Assembly: GCA_963666345.1 (NCBI GenBank)
Contig: OY762721.1
Span: 1,536,001-1,600,000 of the forward strand
Origin: Desulfatiglandales bacterium
Lineage (GTDB): Bacteria; Desulfobacterota; DSM-4660; Desulfatiglandales; Desulfatiglandaceae
Reading direction: 5' to 3'
DNA length: 64,000 nucleotides
The position numbers and the translations under genes were made by a program. Below are positions 49,235-59,639 of this stretch, in pieces; the stretch's first letter is position 1; the number at the start of each line of letters is the position of its first letter. Below the pieces are notes generated by a model. The model saw nothing but the letters and a program-made list of their open reading frames with translations, was not told where the DNA came from and did no database searches.

Positions 49235-50455
49235 ATGGCGTGGCCTTACAGGTACGAGACAGGAGTCGCTCATTATGACAGAGACAGGGCATTTACCGGA
49301 TATACCCTTGTAACACCTTTTCCGGGACGTTCGGCATCGGCCCCTAATGAAGAAAAAGGCGAGGTGTTTCTTATTGATATGACCGGGCAGGTTGTCCACT
49401 CATGGAAGGCCCCCTTTCCGGTATGGTATGCCAGGCTGATGCCTGACGGCCACCTTGTGACGGCCCTGCGGCGCTCGACCCCGGAGCACCCCGACCGCCC
49501 GGGTTTTGATGCCTATCATATGGGAGGTGCCCACGGCCAGCTCATGGAACTGGACTGGGACAGCACAATCCTGTTTGAGCACTTTGACCCTAATATGCAT
49601 CACGACTTCCGCAGACTTGAAAACGGCAACTATATATATGTGGGATGGGAAAAGGTTCCGGACGATCTTGCAAAGCAGATCAGGGGCGGCCAGAAGGGCA
49701 CGGAACACAAGGACGGAACCATGTTCGGAGACTATTTCCGAGAGATAAACCCCGCAGGCCAGACCGTGTGGGAGTGGCACGGCATAGAGCATTTCGACCC
49801 GGATATCGACATCATAGGTGCAATCCACCCCAGGGAGGAATGGACCCATATAAACGACGTGGACGTGATGCCTGACGGCAACATCCTTTCAGACAGCCGC
49901 CATACTGACGGGGCATTCATAATAGAGCGCTCCTCAGGAGAAATCATATGGCGGTGGGGAAATGTGGCCTACCTGGATAAGGAAACAGGCCTTGTTGAGC
50001 ACAGGGACGTGCGGGACGCCACCAACATGGGCGGACCCCATGACGGGCATCTAATAGGCCCCGGGCTCCCGGGGGAAGGCAACATGCTCATCTATGACAA
50101 CGGCATGTACAACTACGTGTCAAGGGCGCTTGAGGTGAGTATCGAGACAGGCGAGGTGGTCTGGCAGAGCGAAGGCACCTTCGGCCTTGAAGGCTACGTC
50201 AAAGGCAGGGTCCACTTCTCCCCCTTCATAAGCGGAGCCGACAGGCTCCCCAACGGCAACACCATGATATGCTCGGGAGGAAACGGCGTAATCTTTGAGG
50301 TGACAAATAAAAAGGAGATAGTCTGGCACTATGTCAGGCCCGCGCCAAACATCCGCTCAGAAGTCCGGTACGGCATCTTTCGTGCCCACAGATACGCTCC
50401 TGACTACTGCCCTCAGTTCGAAAAAATCACTCCTGCAGGCGGTCAGCTGGTATAA
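49235..50455 (+). CDS. Arylsulfotransferase (ASST)-like protein, no signal peptide
   Basis: MHHDF, EWTHIN, PHD, YDNG, SGADRLPNGNT, FRAHRY. Confidence 0.85.
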   Translation: MAWPYRYETGVAHYDRDRAFTGYTLVTPFPGRSASAPNEEKGEVFLIDMTGQVVHSWKAPFPVWYARLMPDGHLVTALRRSTPEHPDRPGFDAYHMGGAHGQLMELDWDSTILFEHFDPNMHHDFRRLENGNYIYVGWEKVPDDLAKQIRGGQKGTEHKDGTMFGDYFREINPAGQTVWEWHGIEHFDPDIDIIGAIHPREEWTHINDVDVMPDGNILSDSRHTDGAFIIERSSGEIIWRWGNVAYLDKETGLVEHRDVRDATNMGGPHDGHLIGPGLPGEGNMLIYDNGMYNYVSRALEVSIETGEVVWQSEGTFGLEGYVKGRVHFSPFISGADRLPNGNTMICSGGNGVIFEVTNKKEIVWHYVRPAPNIRSEVRYGIFRAHRYAPDYCPQFEKITPAGGQLV

Positions 50456-50461
50456 GCTTTA

Positions 50462-50494
50462 CCGGGGAGGCCCGCCTCAAGCCGGCCTCCCCGG
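50462..50494 (+). terminator. Hairpin after the ASST gene
   Basis: CCGGGGAGGCC...GGCCTCCCCGG. Confidence 0.5.
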
Positions 50495-50597
50495 ACAAAA
50501 AAAGAGGCGTTCTTGACATGGAGCGGACAATACTTGATACTGCCTGAGCAGGCACTCGACTGTTCAACCCCTTGAGATCCTATGACGGGTAACAATC

Positions 50598-51392
50598 ATG
50601 AAACCAACCGACAGTGACCGAAAGCAGCCCTATTTTGTTCAGTCTCTGGACCGCGCCATGAACGTACTGGAGTGCTTCAACTACAATAACAGGGAGCTTG
50701 ATCTGGCCTCCATCACAAAGAAGACGGAACTCAACAGGACCACAGCCAGACGCCTGATAAACCATCTTCTCTCAAGAGACTATCTTGCATACGATCAGGA
50801 GACCAGGCGCTACAGGCTCGGGCTCAAGCTTTTCGAGCTCGGCGGAGTGGTCATGTCTTCCATTTCGCTTCGCAAGGTGGCGGCCCCGCATCTGACAGAG
50901 CTTCGAAACAGTACCGGTTACACGGTCTTTCTCGGCACAGGCCACGATGAAAGGCTCCTTTATCTTGACATGCGCGCGGCAAAGGGGCCCTTTCGGTTTT
51001 CATCCAACATCGGGACAATACGTCCCCTTCACTACGGTATGCTCGGAATAGTTATCATGGCCTATCTGCCCCGGAGCGAACAGGAAAAGATACTGGATGA
51101 GCAGCCCCTTGTACACCACGTTCCCAACTCCATAACAGACCGGGATCAGTTCAGTCTCATACTTGCAAAAACAAAGGAAAAAGGCTATCTCGTCGAAAAG
51201 GAGCTCGTGGTGGAAGGGTTCGCAGGCATAGCAGCACCTGTCAGAGATCACACAAGGCGGGTCGTAGCAGCCCTCGGTCTGGCCGTTCCGATAGTGGTGC
51301 TGGACGATCCGGTCAGAAGAAAGTCCCTCATAAAGGATGTCACTGCCACGGCAAACAGTATCTCCCACGACCTCGGTTATCTCAGCATTTAG
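50598..51392 (+). CDS. IclR family regulator
   Basis: VQSLDRAMNVLE, YRLGLKLFELG, IAAPVRD. Confidence 0.93.
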   Translation: MKPTDSDRKQPYFVQSLDRAMNVLECFNYNNRELDLASITKKTELNRTTARRLINHLLSRDYLAYDQETRRYRLGLKLFELGGVVMSSISLRKVAAPHLTELRNSTGYTVFLGTGHDERLLYLDMRAAKGPFRFSSNIGTIRPLHYGMLGIVIMAYLPRSEQEKILDEQPLVHHVPNSITDRDQFSLILAKTKEKGYLVEKELVVEGFAGIAAPVRDHTRRVVAALGLAVPIVVLDDPVRRKSLIKDVTATANSISHDLGYLSI

Positions 51393-51452
51393 AATTTCGG
51401 GCTCTTTATCTTATATATCTATGATCTAACAAGCGATCCGGATTTTTAATAA

Positions 51453-51494
51453 GCAAAAGGCCCCCTGCAGCTGAGCTGCAAGAAGCCTTTTGTT
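51453..51494. terminator. Bidirectional terminator between convergent genes
   Basis: GCAAAAGG..TGCAGC..GCTGCA..CCTTTTGT. Confidence 0.55.
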
Positions 51495-51510
51495 AAAGGG
51501 TTTGTCAACC

Positions 51511-53127
51511 CTAACGGACCTGATAGGGCATCCTGACTTCAAGTGCCTGGTAGGGGCACTCGATCTCGCAGGGCAGGCAGTACCAGCATGTCATGTTTGA
51601 TTCAAATGACCTGCCGCAACTAAGACACCGTTCAGCTTCCCTTTTCGCCTGCTCAGGGTCGAGCACCAGTTCGGTCTCAGCATCAAGACCCCGTTTTTCA
51701 ACAGGCAGGCACGGGCTCTCCCCCCTGGCGCCTCCTGCGGCCCTTTCCGCTATGACTTCGTATCGTCTTGACAGGCCTCCTGCCTCGTACCTGTCCCGTT
51801 CGTACCAGAGCCCTTCACCTGAAAGATACCGGCCTGCGCTTATTCCCGCCTCCTTTCCGGAGGCAAAGGCCTCCACCACGGAGGAGGGCCCGCTTGCGCA
51901 GTCTCCGGCGATAAACACCTTTTCATTTTCAGGGGCCTGCCTTGTCACCGGATCGCATGAGAAACGCCCGGCTTGCATGTCGAAGAGATATTCCGGAAGC
52001 CCGCACACATCAGGGCTATGACCTATGGCAACGGCCGCGAGGTCCGTTTCCAGGCTGTGAAGACCGCAGGTTTCATCGATCTGAGGCGCGAAGTTACCCT
52101 CAGGATCAAACACGGTCAGGCACCGGTTAAACGACAGCCTGACGCTTCCCGCATCCGTTTTTTCAATGCCCCCCACGCCCCAGCAGTTTTCCACTCTGAC
52201 CCCCAGCTCGCGGGCTTCTCTAAGTTCCTGTTCAAAGGCAGGCATCTCATTGGGGTTTTCAAGGCACACCATGACAACTTCGCGCGCGCCAGCGTGAACG
52301 CACGTTATTGCGGTATCAACGGCTGAATTGCCACCCCCTATGACCGCCACCCTCTTATAGGTAAAATCCTCGAGCCCGCCTGAAGCGGCCTTTGCCAGTA
52401 TATCAAGCCCTGAAACGACCTGTTCCAGGTCCGCGCCCGGCACGTTCAGCCTCATTGAAGGGCCCGCCCCTGTCGCGATAACGATTGCGCCGTGCTCTTT
52501 TTCGAGTTGGGCCAATTCCATGTCCCTGCCTATGGCGCATTCCGTAACAAACTCCACACCCATATCCCTTAAAAGGTCCACAGCCTCCTCCACCTCGCGA
52601 ACAGGAAGCCTGAAGCGGGGAAGGCCGTGCCGCAAGAGCCCGCCAGGCTTATCGGATGAGTCGTAAACGGTTACCTTGTGGCCCATTGAGCGCAGTTCAT
52701 ACGCAGCCATGAGACCGGCCGGGCCCGAGCCTATGACAGCGGCTGAAAGGCCTGTCTCAGCCATGATTTCCGGTCTTCTTCCTGTTACATCAGGATACCT
52801 CTCATCAAGATACCTCTTTAGCGCCCTTACCTGCACGGGCCCGTCGCCGATCGTCTTGCCCCTCTCGCATGCCGCCTCGCAGGGCCTCGAGCAGATCCTG
52901 CCCAGGATCTGCGAAAAGGGGGTGTGTTTTCTCAGTTCTTCCGCGGCCTCCTCTTCCTTTCCCATCGCGATAAGCCGGACATAGCCCTGACAGTTGATAT
53001 CAAGAGGACAGGCCTGACGGCAGGGCGCTACGGACAGGCGCAGGTTGTCCATGATGCAGCGGTCGACGCAGGTTCCGCAGGCAATACATGAATTACGGTC
53101 GATTCTTATATTTATATCGCTAATCAT
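51511..53127 (-). CDS. GltD-like FAD/NAD(P) Fe-S oxidoreductase embedded in an AprB-like ferredoxin
   Basis: CIACGTCVDRC; APCRQACP, GRICSRPCE, GSGPAG, GGGNSA; C-terminal CWYCLPCEIECP..MPYQVR. Confidence 0.85.
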   Translation of the reverse strand: MISDINIRIDRNSCIACGTCVDRCIMDNLRLSVAPCRQACPLDINCQGYVRLIAMGKEEEAAEELRKHTPFSQILGRICSRPCEAACERGKTIGDGPVQVRALKRYLDERYPDVTGRRPEIMAETGLSAAVIGSGPAGLMAAYELRSMGHKVTVYDSSDKPGGLLRHGLPRFRLPVREVEEAVDLLRDMGVEFVTECAIGRDMELAQLEKEHGAIVIATGAGPSMRLNVPGADLEQVVSGLDILAKAASGGLEDFTYKRVAVIGGGNSAVDTAITCVHAGAREVVMVCLENPNEMPAFEQELREARELGVRVENCWGVGGIEKTDAGSVRLSFNRCLTVFDPEGNFAPQIDETCGLHSLETDLAAVAIGHSPDVCGLPEYLFDMQAGRFSCDPVTRQAPENEKVFIAGDCASGPSSVVEAFASGKEAGISAGRYLSGEGLWYERDRYEAGGLSRRYEVIAERAAGGARGESPCLPVEKRGLDAETELVLDPEQAKREAERCLSCGRSFESNMTCWYCLPCEIECPYQALEVRMPYQVR

Positions 53128-53128
53128 C

Positions 53129-54823
53129 TTATTTCCCATCCTTTGCTTCATTTGCGAGCTTTTCAAGCGGCGCTCTGGTGCAGTTGATCTCCCCCGGGTC
53201 TTCCCCCCTCTTAAGCAGCATATGGCACAAGTAGTCCCGGTCGTTTTTTTCCGGGTAATCGGATCGTCTGTGGGACGTGCCCCAGCGGCTCTCCTTACGC
53301 TCAAACGAGGCCGCGGCTGAAAGAGAGGCGCATTCTATAATGTTTTCGATCTCGTAGATCTTGCTCAGTTCGTGACCGTTTGCGGCGGAGGTTGTTTCAA
53401 GAAGTTCTTTTTTCAATTTCCCGGCCCACTCAAACCACCGCTTGAGTTTGTATTCATTCTTGATCCCGACCACATAGTCGCCGATCAGCCTGCGCACCTT
53501 GAATTCGATATCCCTGACGTTCAGTTCGCGGCCCGGGTCGGACCGGCTGTTTCTATTATTCACGGCCTCCTTGACCTTTGCGTCGTTTAACCCGGTCTGT
53601 TCCGGGTGGGCGGATATGAAACTTACAGCCTCTTCCGCTGCCACTTCACCGAATACCAGGGCGCCTGAGAGGTGCTGCTTCGGGACACAGGCCACGTCCC
53701 CTGCCGCGAAGAGTCCAGGCACGCCGGTCTGCGCCTTTTCGTTCACCCTCACTCCGCTCATACCGTGCCCCCCGCAGATCTGATGTTCGGTGGGCCACAG
53801 TTCGATATCCTTTTTCCTGAAATCTATGCCGCGGCCCTTGAAAAAGCGCTCCTGAACCGGCCGCTCCGTGGTAAAGAGGATACCCTCTATCTCCCGGATG
53901 ACACTTTCATCCAGATGGCTCAGTTTCACGCGCACAGGCCCGCGTCCCTGCTCATGTGCCTCGTTCATGAGGCTCATGTTGTTTACCTCGTTTTCCATAA
54001 TCACCCTGTTAAAGACATCCAGAACCTGCCCTCCTCGCGTCACGGTTATGGCAAGAAGCGGCATGTTGGCGTCCTTTATCAGCACCGGGCTCTGGGTGGA
54101 CTCCATCCCGATGAGACCCGCCCCGGCCTTGTAGCACATCAGGAAACCGTCCCCGGTGTTTCCGGGAAAGTCAAAGACACCGTACAGGTAGCCCGAGTTT
54201 GGAAGGGTCAGACGTGCCTGTCCGCCTGAGGCCATGATCACGGCCTTTGCCCTGCACACCACTAACTCGCCCGTGCGCACGTTGAGACCGACCGCACCTG
54301 CGACCCTGCCGCCGTCCATGAGAAGATCAATTCCCATGACCCTGTTTACGGCCTTTGTTCCGGATTTAAAGACCCGTTCGGCCATCATGGTCTTGAGGTC
54401 GGGCTCCTGCATGGCGGTCTGGAAATTTCCCTTTACATGATATTTGAGGGTCCTGTAATTACCCGATGCGTCAAGGGGGAAGTAGACCCCCCACGATTCA
54501 AGCTTTTTGAGCAGTTCGTATGACCTTGCGGCCATTGTGTAGCTTGCAGGTTCGTCAAATACCCCCTGACATCCCAGGCCCACTGATTGTATATAGAGTT
54601 CGGGGGACGTGAGGTTGGGTATGGCGACTATGTTGAGGGCATCCATTCCGCGCGCAATGGAGCCGGAATACTTTATGTCTCCCTTGTCAAAGACAAGGAC
54701 TTCCAGCTCAGGATTGAGCTCTTTGGCCCTGATCGCGGCCATGCACCCTGCGCTTCCTCCGCCGATTATCAACAGATCGGTCTGTCTGTAAAAAACTTTG
54801 TCCAAGGTCTCAGTCTTGTTCAT
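53129..54823 (-). CDS. AprA-like / SdhA-FrdA family flavoprotein
   Basis: IIGGGSAG, SGSIARGMDALN, PGNTGDG, CGGHGMSG, RKESRWG..RSDYP. Confidence 0.88.
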   Translation of the reverse strand: MNKTETLDKVFYRQTDLLIIGGGSAGCMAAIRAKELNPELEVLVFDKGDIKYSGSIARGMDALNIVAIPNLTSPELYIQSVGLGCQGVFDEPASYTMAARSYELLKKLESWGVYFPLDASGNYRTLKYHVKGNFQTAMQEPDLKTMMAERVFKSGTKAVNRVMGIDLLMDGGRVAGAVGLNVRTGELVVCRAKAVIMASGGQARLTLPNSGYLYGVFDFPGNTGDGFLMCYKAGAGLIGMESTQSPVLIKDANMPLLAITVTRGGQVLDVFNRVIMENEVNNMSLMNEAHEQGRGPVRVKLSHLDESVIREIEGILFTTERPVQERFFKGRGIDFRKKDIELWPTEHQICGGHGMSGVRVNEKAQTGVPGLFAAGDVACVPKQHLSGALVFGEVAAEEAVSFISAHPEQTGLNDAKVKEAVNNRNSRSDPGRELNVRDIEFKVRRLIGDYVVGIKNEYKLKRWFEWAGKLKKELLETTSAANGHELSKIYEIENIIECASLSAAASFERKESRWGTSHRRSDYPEKNDRDYLCHMLLKRGEDPGEINCTRAPLEKLANEAKDGK

Positions 54824-54881
54824 TATCACCTCTCTACTTCCTTTTTATCTTTGGCCCACTTATTTTTAGGCACAAAAAACC

Positions 54882-55655
54882 TCATACCATGAGGTTCATC
54901 CACATGTTTTTTTCATACGGCCTGTAATCAAACTTCACTTCCAGATAACGTGCCATGAAAACCACCAGCCCTACGCTGACAACTAAGTCCTGATCGTTAA
55001 AATACACGGCCTTTCTTACCAGGATCGGAGCTTCAACGGCCGTTTCAAGGATTGCCGCCTCATCCTCCGAAAGCCTGCGGCTCGTAATTGAGTAGGTAAC
55101 CTGTTTGGTCCTGGTGGTGCGGTTTGCGTCCAGCACTTCGGTAAGCATTTTTTCCGTCAGTGCCCTTTCAGTAAAAAGCCATGCTGAAGAAGGATCGACC
55201 GCCCTGTATTCGATGGCGAATTTCAGATCCTTGATTTTCTTGAGCCTGCTGACCAGATGAATTTTTTGGGCGGGCGCAAATTCCCCGGCCCATTCGGGCG
55301 GTTCACACTCCGACCTTGAAATAAGCTCATTTGAGATCTTTATGCCTTTTCCCCCAAGGGCGGGCTCCATGCCTCTGAAGGTCTCAACCACCCCGTTATT
55401 TACCGGCCGGCAGGTGAATGTGCCTTTTCCGTGGATCTTCTGCACGAGCCCGGCATGTTCCAGGTTTTCCACCGCCTTTCTTATTGTGGTGCGGCTTACC
55501 CCGAAATGCTCAATAAATTCCGGCTCACTCGGAAGACGCGTGCCTGGCACAATCTTTCTTTTTCTTATGAAATCCGCTATTGCCCTTTCCACCTGCCCGT
55601 AGATGGGGCTTTTGTCCCCGGCTGCAAGTCCCGGCATTGAATCCCATACTCTCAT
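54882..55655 (-). CDS. GntR (HutC/UTRA) regulator
   Basis: RLPSEPE..FGVSRTTIRKA..GKGTF; palindromic TGACGTCA/GTCATGAC upstream near 55700. Confidence 0.9.
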   Translation of the reverse strand: MRVWDSMPGLAAGDKSPIYGQVERAIADFIRKRKIVPGTRLPSEPEFIEHFGVSRTTIRKAVENLEHAGLVQKIHGKGTFTCRPVNNGVVETFRGMEPALGGKGIKISNELISRSECEPPEWAGEFAPAQKIHLVSRLKKIKDLKFAIEYRAVDPSSAWLFTERALTEKMLTEVLDANRTTRTKQVTYSITSRRLSEDEAAILETAVEAPILVRKAVYFNDQDLVVSVGLVVFMARYLEVKFDYRPYEKNMWMNLMV

Positions 55656-56024
55656 GATCCCCCCTCCCGAAAAAAGACAATCGCATAAATTCATGATGAC
55701 GTCATGACGACATTATGTATTCGCACCCAGGTGGTGTCAAGGCAAATCCTGACATTTTTCCATTGGAGGGGAAAAAGCGTGAGGTGGGTTCTTTTCAAAA
55801 GGAAGCCTTTCGCGCGGGTTGAAAGGCCTTTAAAAAGCCTGAAAGGCGCTTTTGACCTGAACAGGTCGGGATGAACTCCAGTATGATCTTGATCAATGGT
55901 TGGGAAAATACAATCAGCGCCGGCCACATCAAGGCAAACGATGTCAGGGCAAAACTCCAATGGAGACTTTCATGGAAAATTTGCCCTTGGCAAAAGAGAA
56001 AATATTGGATAATAGAGTTGATGC

Positions 56025-56099
56025 CTGTCTGACACCTGCAGCTTAGTCGGACAACAGCCTCAGAAAGGGTATGTGTCAGATTACATCCTGGCTACTACA
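56025..56099. repeat. ~75-bp sequence inverted-duplicated at 59269-59343
   Basis: CAGCCTCAGAAAGGGTATGTGTCAGAT shared exactly in opposite orientation. Confidence 0.85.
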
Positions 56100-56109
56100 C
56101 TTAAATGTT

Positions 56110-57279
56110 TCAGCAGGCGTCATCTTTTTTGTCATTGAAGAAAAACAGATAACCAAGCAAGGCCACCAGGCCCATACCGGCTATGGAAATATAGACCCAT
56201 TTCAGGCTTGAAAAGGCAACAACGGAGGTTGCTATCATAGGTCCCAGTGCATTTCCCGCAAATCTGCTTGAATTCAAAAATCCCAATACCCGTCCGTCCG
56301 ATTCCGAGGCAAAAGATGAAAAAACCAACGGCACAACAGCCGCTATCGCAGCCGTTTGAAGCATACGAAGGGTAACAAAACTTGTGAGCCCTAAACTCAA
56401 TGACAGCAATGATTGGAAGATCGCCCCCAGGATACCCGCTATAAAAATAAGCCTGTAAACCGGTATTTTTGAAGACAATCTGCACAGCAAGAAAGTGCCT
56501 GCAACAGCCGTTGCCGTATACAGCATCACAATCAGACCGGCTGAATTTACCGCCGCACCCTGTTCCATATGGAATCCCTTGAAAACATCCGGAAGGATGC
56601 TGGGCAGAAACATTAACTGGACCGTTGCGGTAAAACAAAGCCCCCATCCGATGAGAGTCTTTTTGTCCATTACACGTTTTTTAACTGCAGAGGCCTTACT
56701 TGATTCATCCGTAGCTTCCTTTACATAGAAAAAACAGAAGACCAGAGTCACAAATACCAGACCGGAGGCGCTGATAAACGCGCCTTCGTAACCCAGCATG
56801 GTGGCAGCCAATGCGCCTATCGGAGGACCGATCAACTGTCCCAGTGTCAGGGAATTTTGATACAGGCCTATATCTCTTGACACCCACTGTCTGGATGACG
56901 ACGAAGAGACAATAATCAGGCCGATGGTAGAAATACCGCCCAATATCCCCTGCATGATTCGAAGCACAAGAAGAACCGGAAGACTTGATACAAACCCCAT
57001 CAACAGAATTATAACGGCATGGGAAAGCAGGCCCGCCATAAAAAGGCCTTTGGGACTGAGACCGGAGGCTAACGACCCCCAAAAGGTGGACGCAATAGCC
57101 GCGGCAAAGCCCGGTGCCCCCATGATAACTCCCGTCCATATAAGCGTTTCCGCAGATGAGCAGGGGCTGATATCGTGAATGAAAAAGGGGAGGAAAACCA
57201 TAACGAAATTGAAAGAAAAGGCTATGCCGAACTGGGAGAGACAAATGAAGAGAACGTTTCGATAGTTTCTTTGATTCAT
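56110..57279 (-). CDS. MFS transporter (DHA1/MdtG-like)
   Basis: FVMVFLPFFI, FWGSLA, LRIMQG, GQLIGPPIG. Confidence 0.88.
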   Translation of the reverse strand: MNQRNYRNVLFICLSQFGIAFSFNFVMVFLPFFIHDISPCSSAETLIWTGVIMGAPGFAAAIASTFWGSLASGLSPKGLFMAGLLSHAVIILLMGFVSSLPVLLVLRIMQGILGGISTIGLIIVSSSSSRQWVSRDIGLYQNSLTLGQLIGPPIGALAATMLGYEGAFISASGLVFVTLVFCFFYVKEATDESSKASAVKKRVMDKKTLIGWGLCFTATVQLMFLPSILPDVFKGFHMEQGAAVNSAGLIVMLYTATAVAGTFLLCRLSSKIPVYRLIFIAGILGAIFQSLLSLSLGLTSFVTLRMLQTAAIAAVVPLVFSSFASESDGRVLGFLNSSRFAGNALGPMIATSVVAFSSLKWVYISIAGMGLVALLGYLFFFNDKKDDAC

Positions 57280-58333
57280 ATCATTACATGACAGGTTTGC
57301 AGATGGTTTCATGGATGCCGAGTGAGCCTAACTTAGTAGAGGGGGCACCAGTGACAACTCAAGCCTTATGCGCCCCGGAGATTTCCCCCGTCGCAGGCCG
57401 TTAAAATAATCACCGGACAAACCATTGTTTTCTGCCCAAAGGTTCGAAAAGAGACAAGCCACGGCCCGGGAACTTTTGTGCCGTAAGGCTCTATTGTATC
57501 AGATAAAATCTTCAATATAAATTTCCTAGTGCAGGCCTGCCGGCATATTCAAACCCCATACCAGGCGGGCTGCGGTGCAATTTCTGATTGAGCTGTCTTT
57601 TGTTCATATCAGATTTTTATGAGAAAAGAAAATTCGTATATTAATTGCCCAATTTTATTTTTGCTCCTATTGCTCAATCTGTCATTCATAGAGTTCAAAC
57701 AGAAACGGATGGGATTCGGAAAGGCATCTGGAGAAAAAAGATCCGATGAGTTAATTCGGTTTCGGAAGAGGGCCCGAGATCTCAAAAAGGAGTCTTTGGC
57801 CAAGTGGTTTGGTTTTCCAGATGAAACTGAAATTCGGAGAGCCTGGTTGCGATCAAACAGTCTTGAATTATTCCGGAATCTCGGCAAATTCAAAAATAGC
57901 GGAAACAGATTTAATTTCAGCTATTATGGTTCGACCGAATACAACGGGACACAGATTGCTTGCCAACAAAGGCATTCCAGGTGTTTTTAAAACCTGTTAT
58001 TAGGTCTTCCAATGAGTCCTGTGCCCGCTTAAAATGGGTAAACACCTTTCCATAGCATTTATCACAACGTTGGCAACAGCTGTGATATCCAGCAACAACC
58101 ACCTGTTTTCCCTCCATCAGTAGGCCAAAAGATGAAGTCGTGCCTTCTGTGATAAGCTTAATTATTGTTGACGTTTTATTGACGAGAAAAAACCAGGGTT
58201 GGTGCTTGATCTTTACATATATAAGGGTTAACCAAACCTGTGACAAGAAAGTACTATTGAAGTATCCTTCTGAAAACTAAGTTTCTAGACAAAGGGGAGT
58301 CGGGTCGCCTCTTCCTTATAGTGCATGAATTGA

Positions 58334-58939
58334 CTACGGCGATTGCCTGCCGATATCACTTCCGTTATTTTTTTGGTCTCTCTCGTAAACCCTAGCTCTT
58401 TCATCGCTGCGGTTTCTCTGTACATCCCTGCCAGTATCATTTACTTCTTTTTTTTGAACCTTTTTCCTATCATCACTGCGTTTCCCTTGTGCATTCCTAA
58501 CGGTATTATTCACTTCTTTTCTTTGAATACGACCTTTATAACCTTTTTGCTCTGTTTCATTAATCCTGCCCCTATTATTTCTCCTCTGTATTTCCTGTGT
58601 CTTATTTCTTTTATCTTTCTGATCTCTTACGTTAATCCTACTTCTGTTTTCTTCCTGGACTCTTACATTTCTCTTGCTTTTAAACTTCAATCCCTTTGGA
58701 TAATGATTTCTTGGAAGATCTATCCAGCGTCCGCTCTTTGACCTTGAGTAGTACCATCGGTCACCATGGTAATAATAGTAAAACCCTCCATATGTGTAAT
58801 AGGAGTATGGGTCTACCGATTCAACAGTTACCGGAAGAGGTGGTGCAATGGCTACATAGGAACCACGATGCCCTACTGTCGTAACGCATGATACACTCAT
58901 AAAGGCCATGACAATGATAATAAGAAATCGCTTTTTCAT
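58334..58939 (-). CDS. Probable lipoprotein with Tyr-rich domain and basic low-complexity tail
   Basis: MKKRFLIIIVMAFMSVSC lipobox-like; YYYYHGDRWYYS; R/K/N/Q-rich C-terminus. Confidence 0.7.
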   Translation of the reverse strand: MKKRFLIIIVMAFMSVSCVTTVGHRGSYVAIAPPLPVTVESVDPYSYYTYGGFYYYYHGDRWYYSRSKSGRWIDLPRNHYPKGLKFKSKRNVRVQEENRSRINVRDQKDKRNKTQEIQRRNNRGRINETEQKGYKGRIQRKEVNNTVRNAQGKRSDDRKKVQKKEVNDTGRDVQRNRSDERARVYERDQKNNGSDIGRQSP

Positions 58940-59016
58940 GTTATCCCTCATTTGTATGATCTAATCATGTGGCTATGGTGATGTTTTCTGTGCCCTGCTA
59001 TACCATTTATTTTAAA

Positions 59017-59033
59017 AGCAAGACATATGCCGA
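59017..59033 (-). promoter_or_regulatory. Sigma-54 (-24/-12) promoter of the lipoprotein gene
   Basis: Minus strand TCGGCATATGTCTTGCT (GG-N10-GC); upstream palindrome TGTCGA..TCGACA near 59132-59156. Confidence 0.6.
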
Positions 59034-59268
59034 ATTGTCTTAATTAGAGGGTAACAGTCTGAATTATCTATAAATCCTATGACAATCTATCAAATGAAAT
59101 ATTCATCAGAAGCTGAGAGATCGGCAAGAAATGTCGAATCAAAGATTTTTTCGACAGGGTGACAGCGATTCTGTTTAACAAAAATTTTATTGAAGGAAGT
59201 GCTCAGTTGAGATATTATTTTTACTCATCCTGAGAGGAACTGACTGACATTATGTTGTTGAGATTTAT

Positions 59269-59343
59269 TGTAGTAGCTAAGATATGATCTGACACATACC
59301 CTTTCTGAGGCTGTTATCCGACTAGGCCGCAAGCGCCAGACGG
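59269..59343. repeat. Inverted copy of 56025-56099
   Basis: TGTAGTAGCTAAGATATGATCTGACACATACCCTTTCTGAGGCTGTT. Confidence 0.85.
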
Positions 59344-59420
59344 TCTTCACCTTTCACATCCACATTTTTTACTATCCCGCAAAAAATCTTTCCACAGAAT
59401 GCTTAGATCTATATTTTATC

Positions 59421-59630
59421 CTAAATGAAGTTGTCTTCCTTATGTTTACTTGAAATAGCACCAGCAAGATCATCTAGGGCTTTAAAATCATTTTCTGAGG
59501 GAACGCCCCTGCACAAAACAGGCTTCAGCACCTCAGCTTTCAAATCAGGGGTCATTCCGGCAAGAGTCTCTACCGTTTTTCCACCCCATCCATATGAGCT
59601 TATAATAGATAGAAACTTTGTCCTAGGTCT
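59421..59630 (-). pseudogene. C-terminal fragment of an FprA-type flavodiiron protein
   Basis: RPRTKFLSIISSYGWGG flavodoxin motif; no N-terminal domain. Confidence 0.7.
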
Positions 59631-59639
59631 TATCTGTAT

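Noticed and set aside
57300..58300. ORFs 57619-57990 and 57917-58246, or an ncRNA in this gap
   Set aside because: No recognisable family, RBS or convincing structure.
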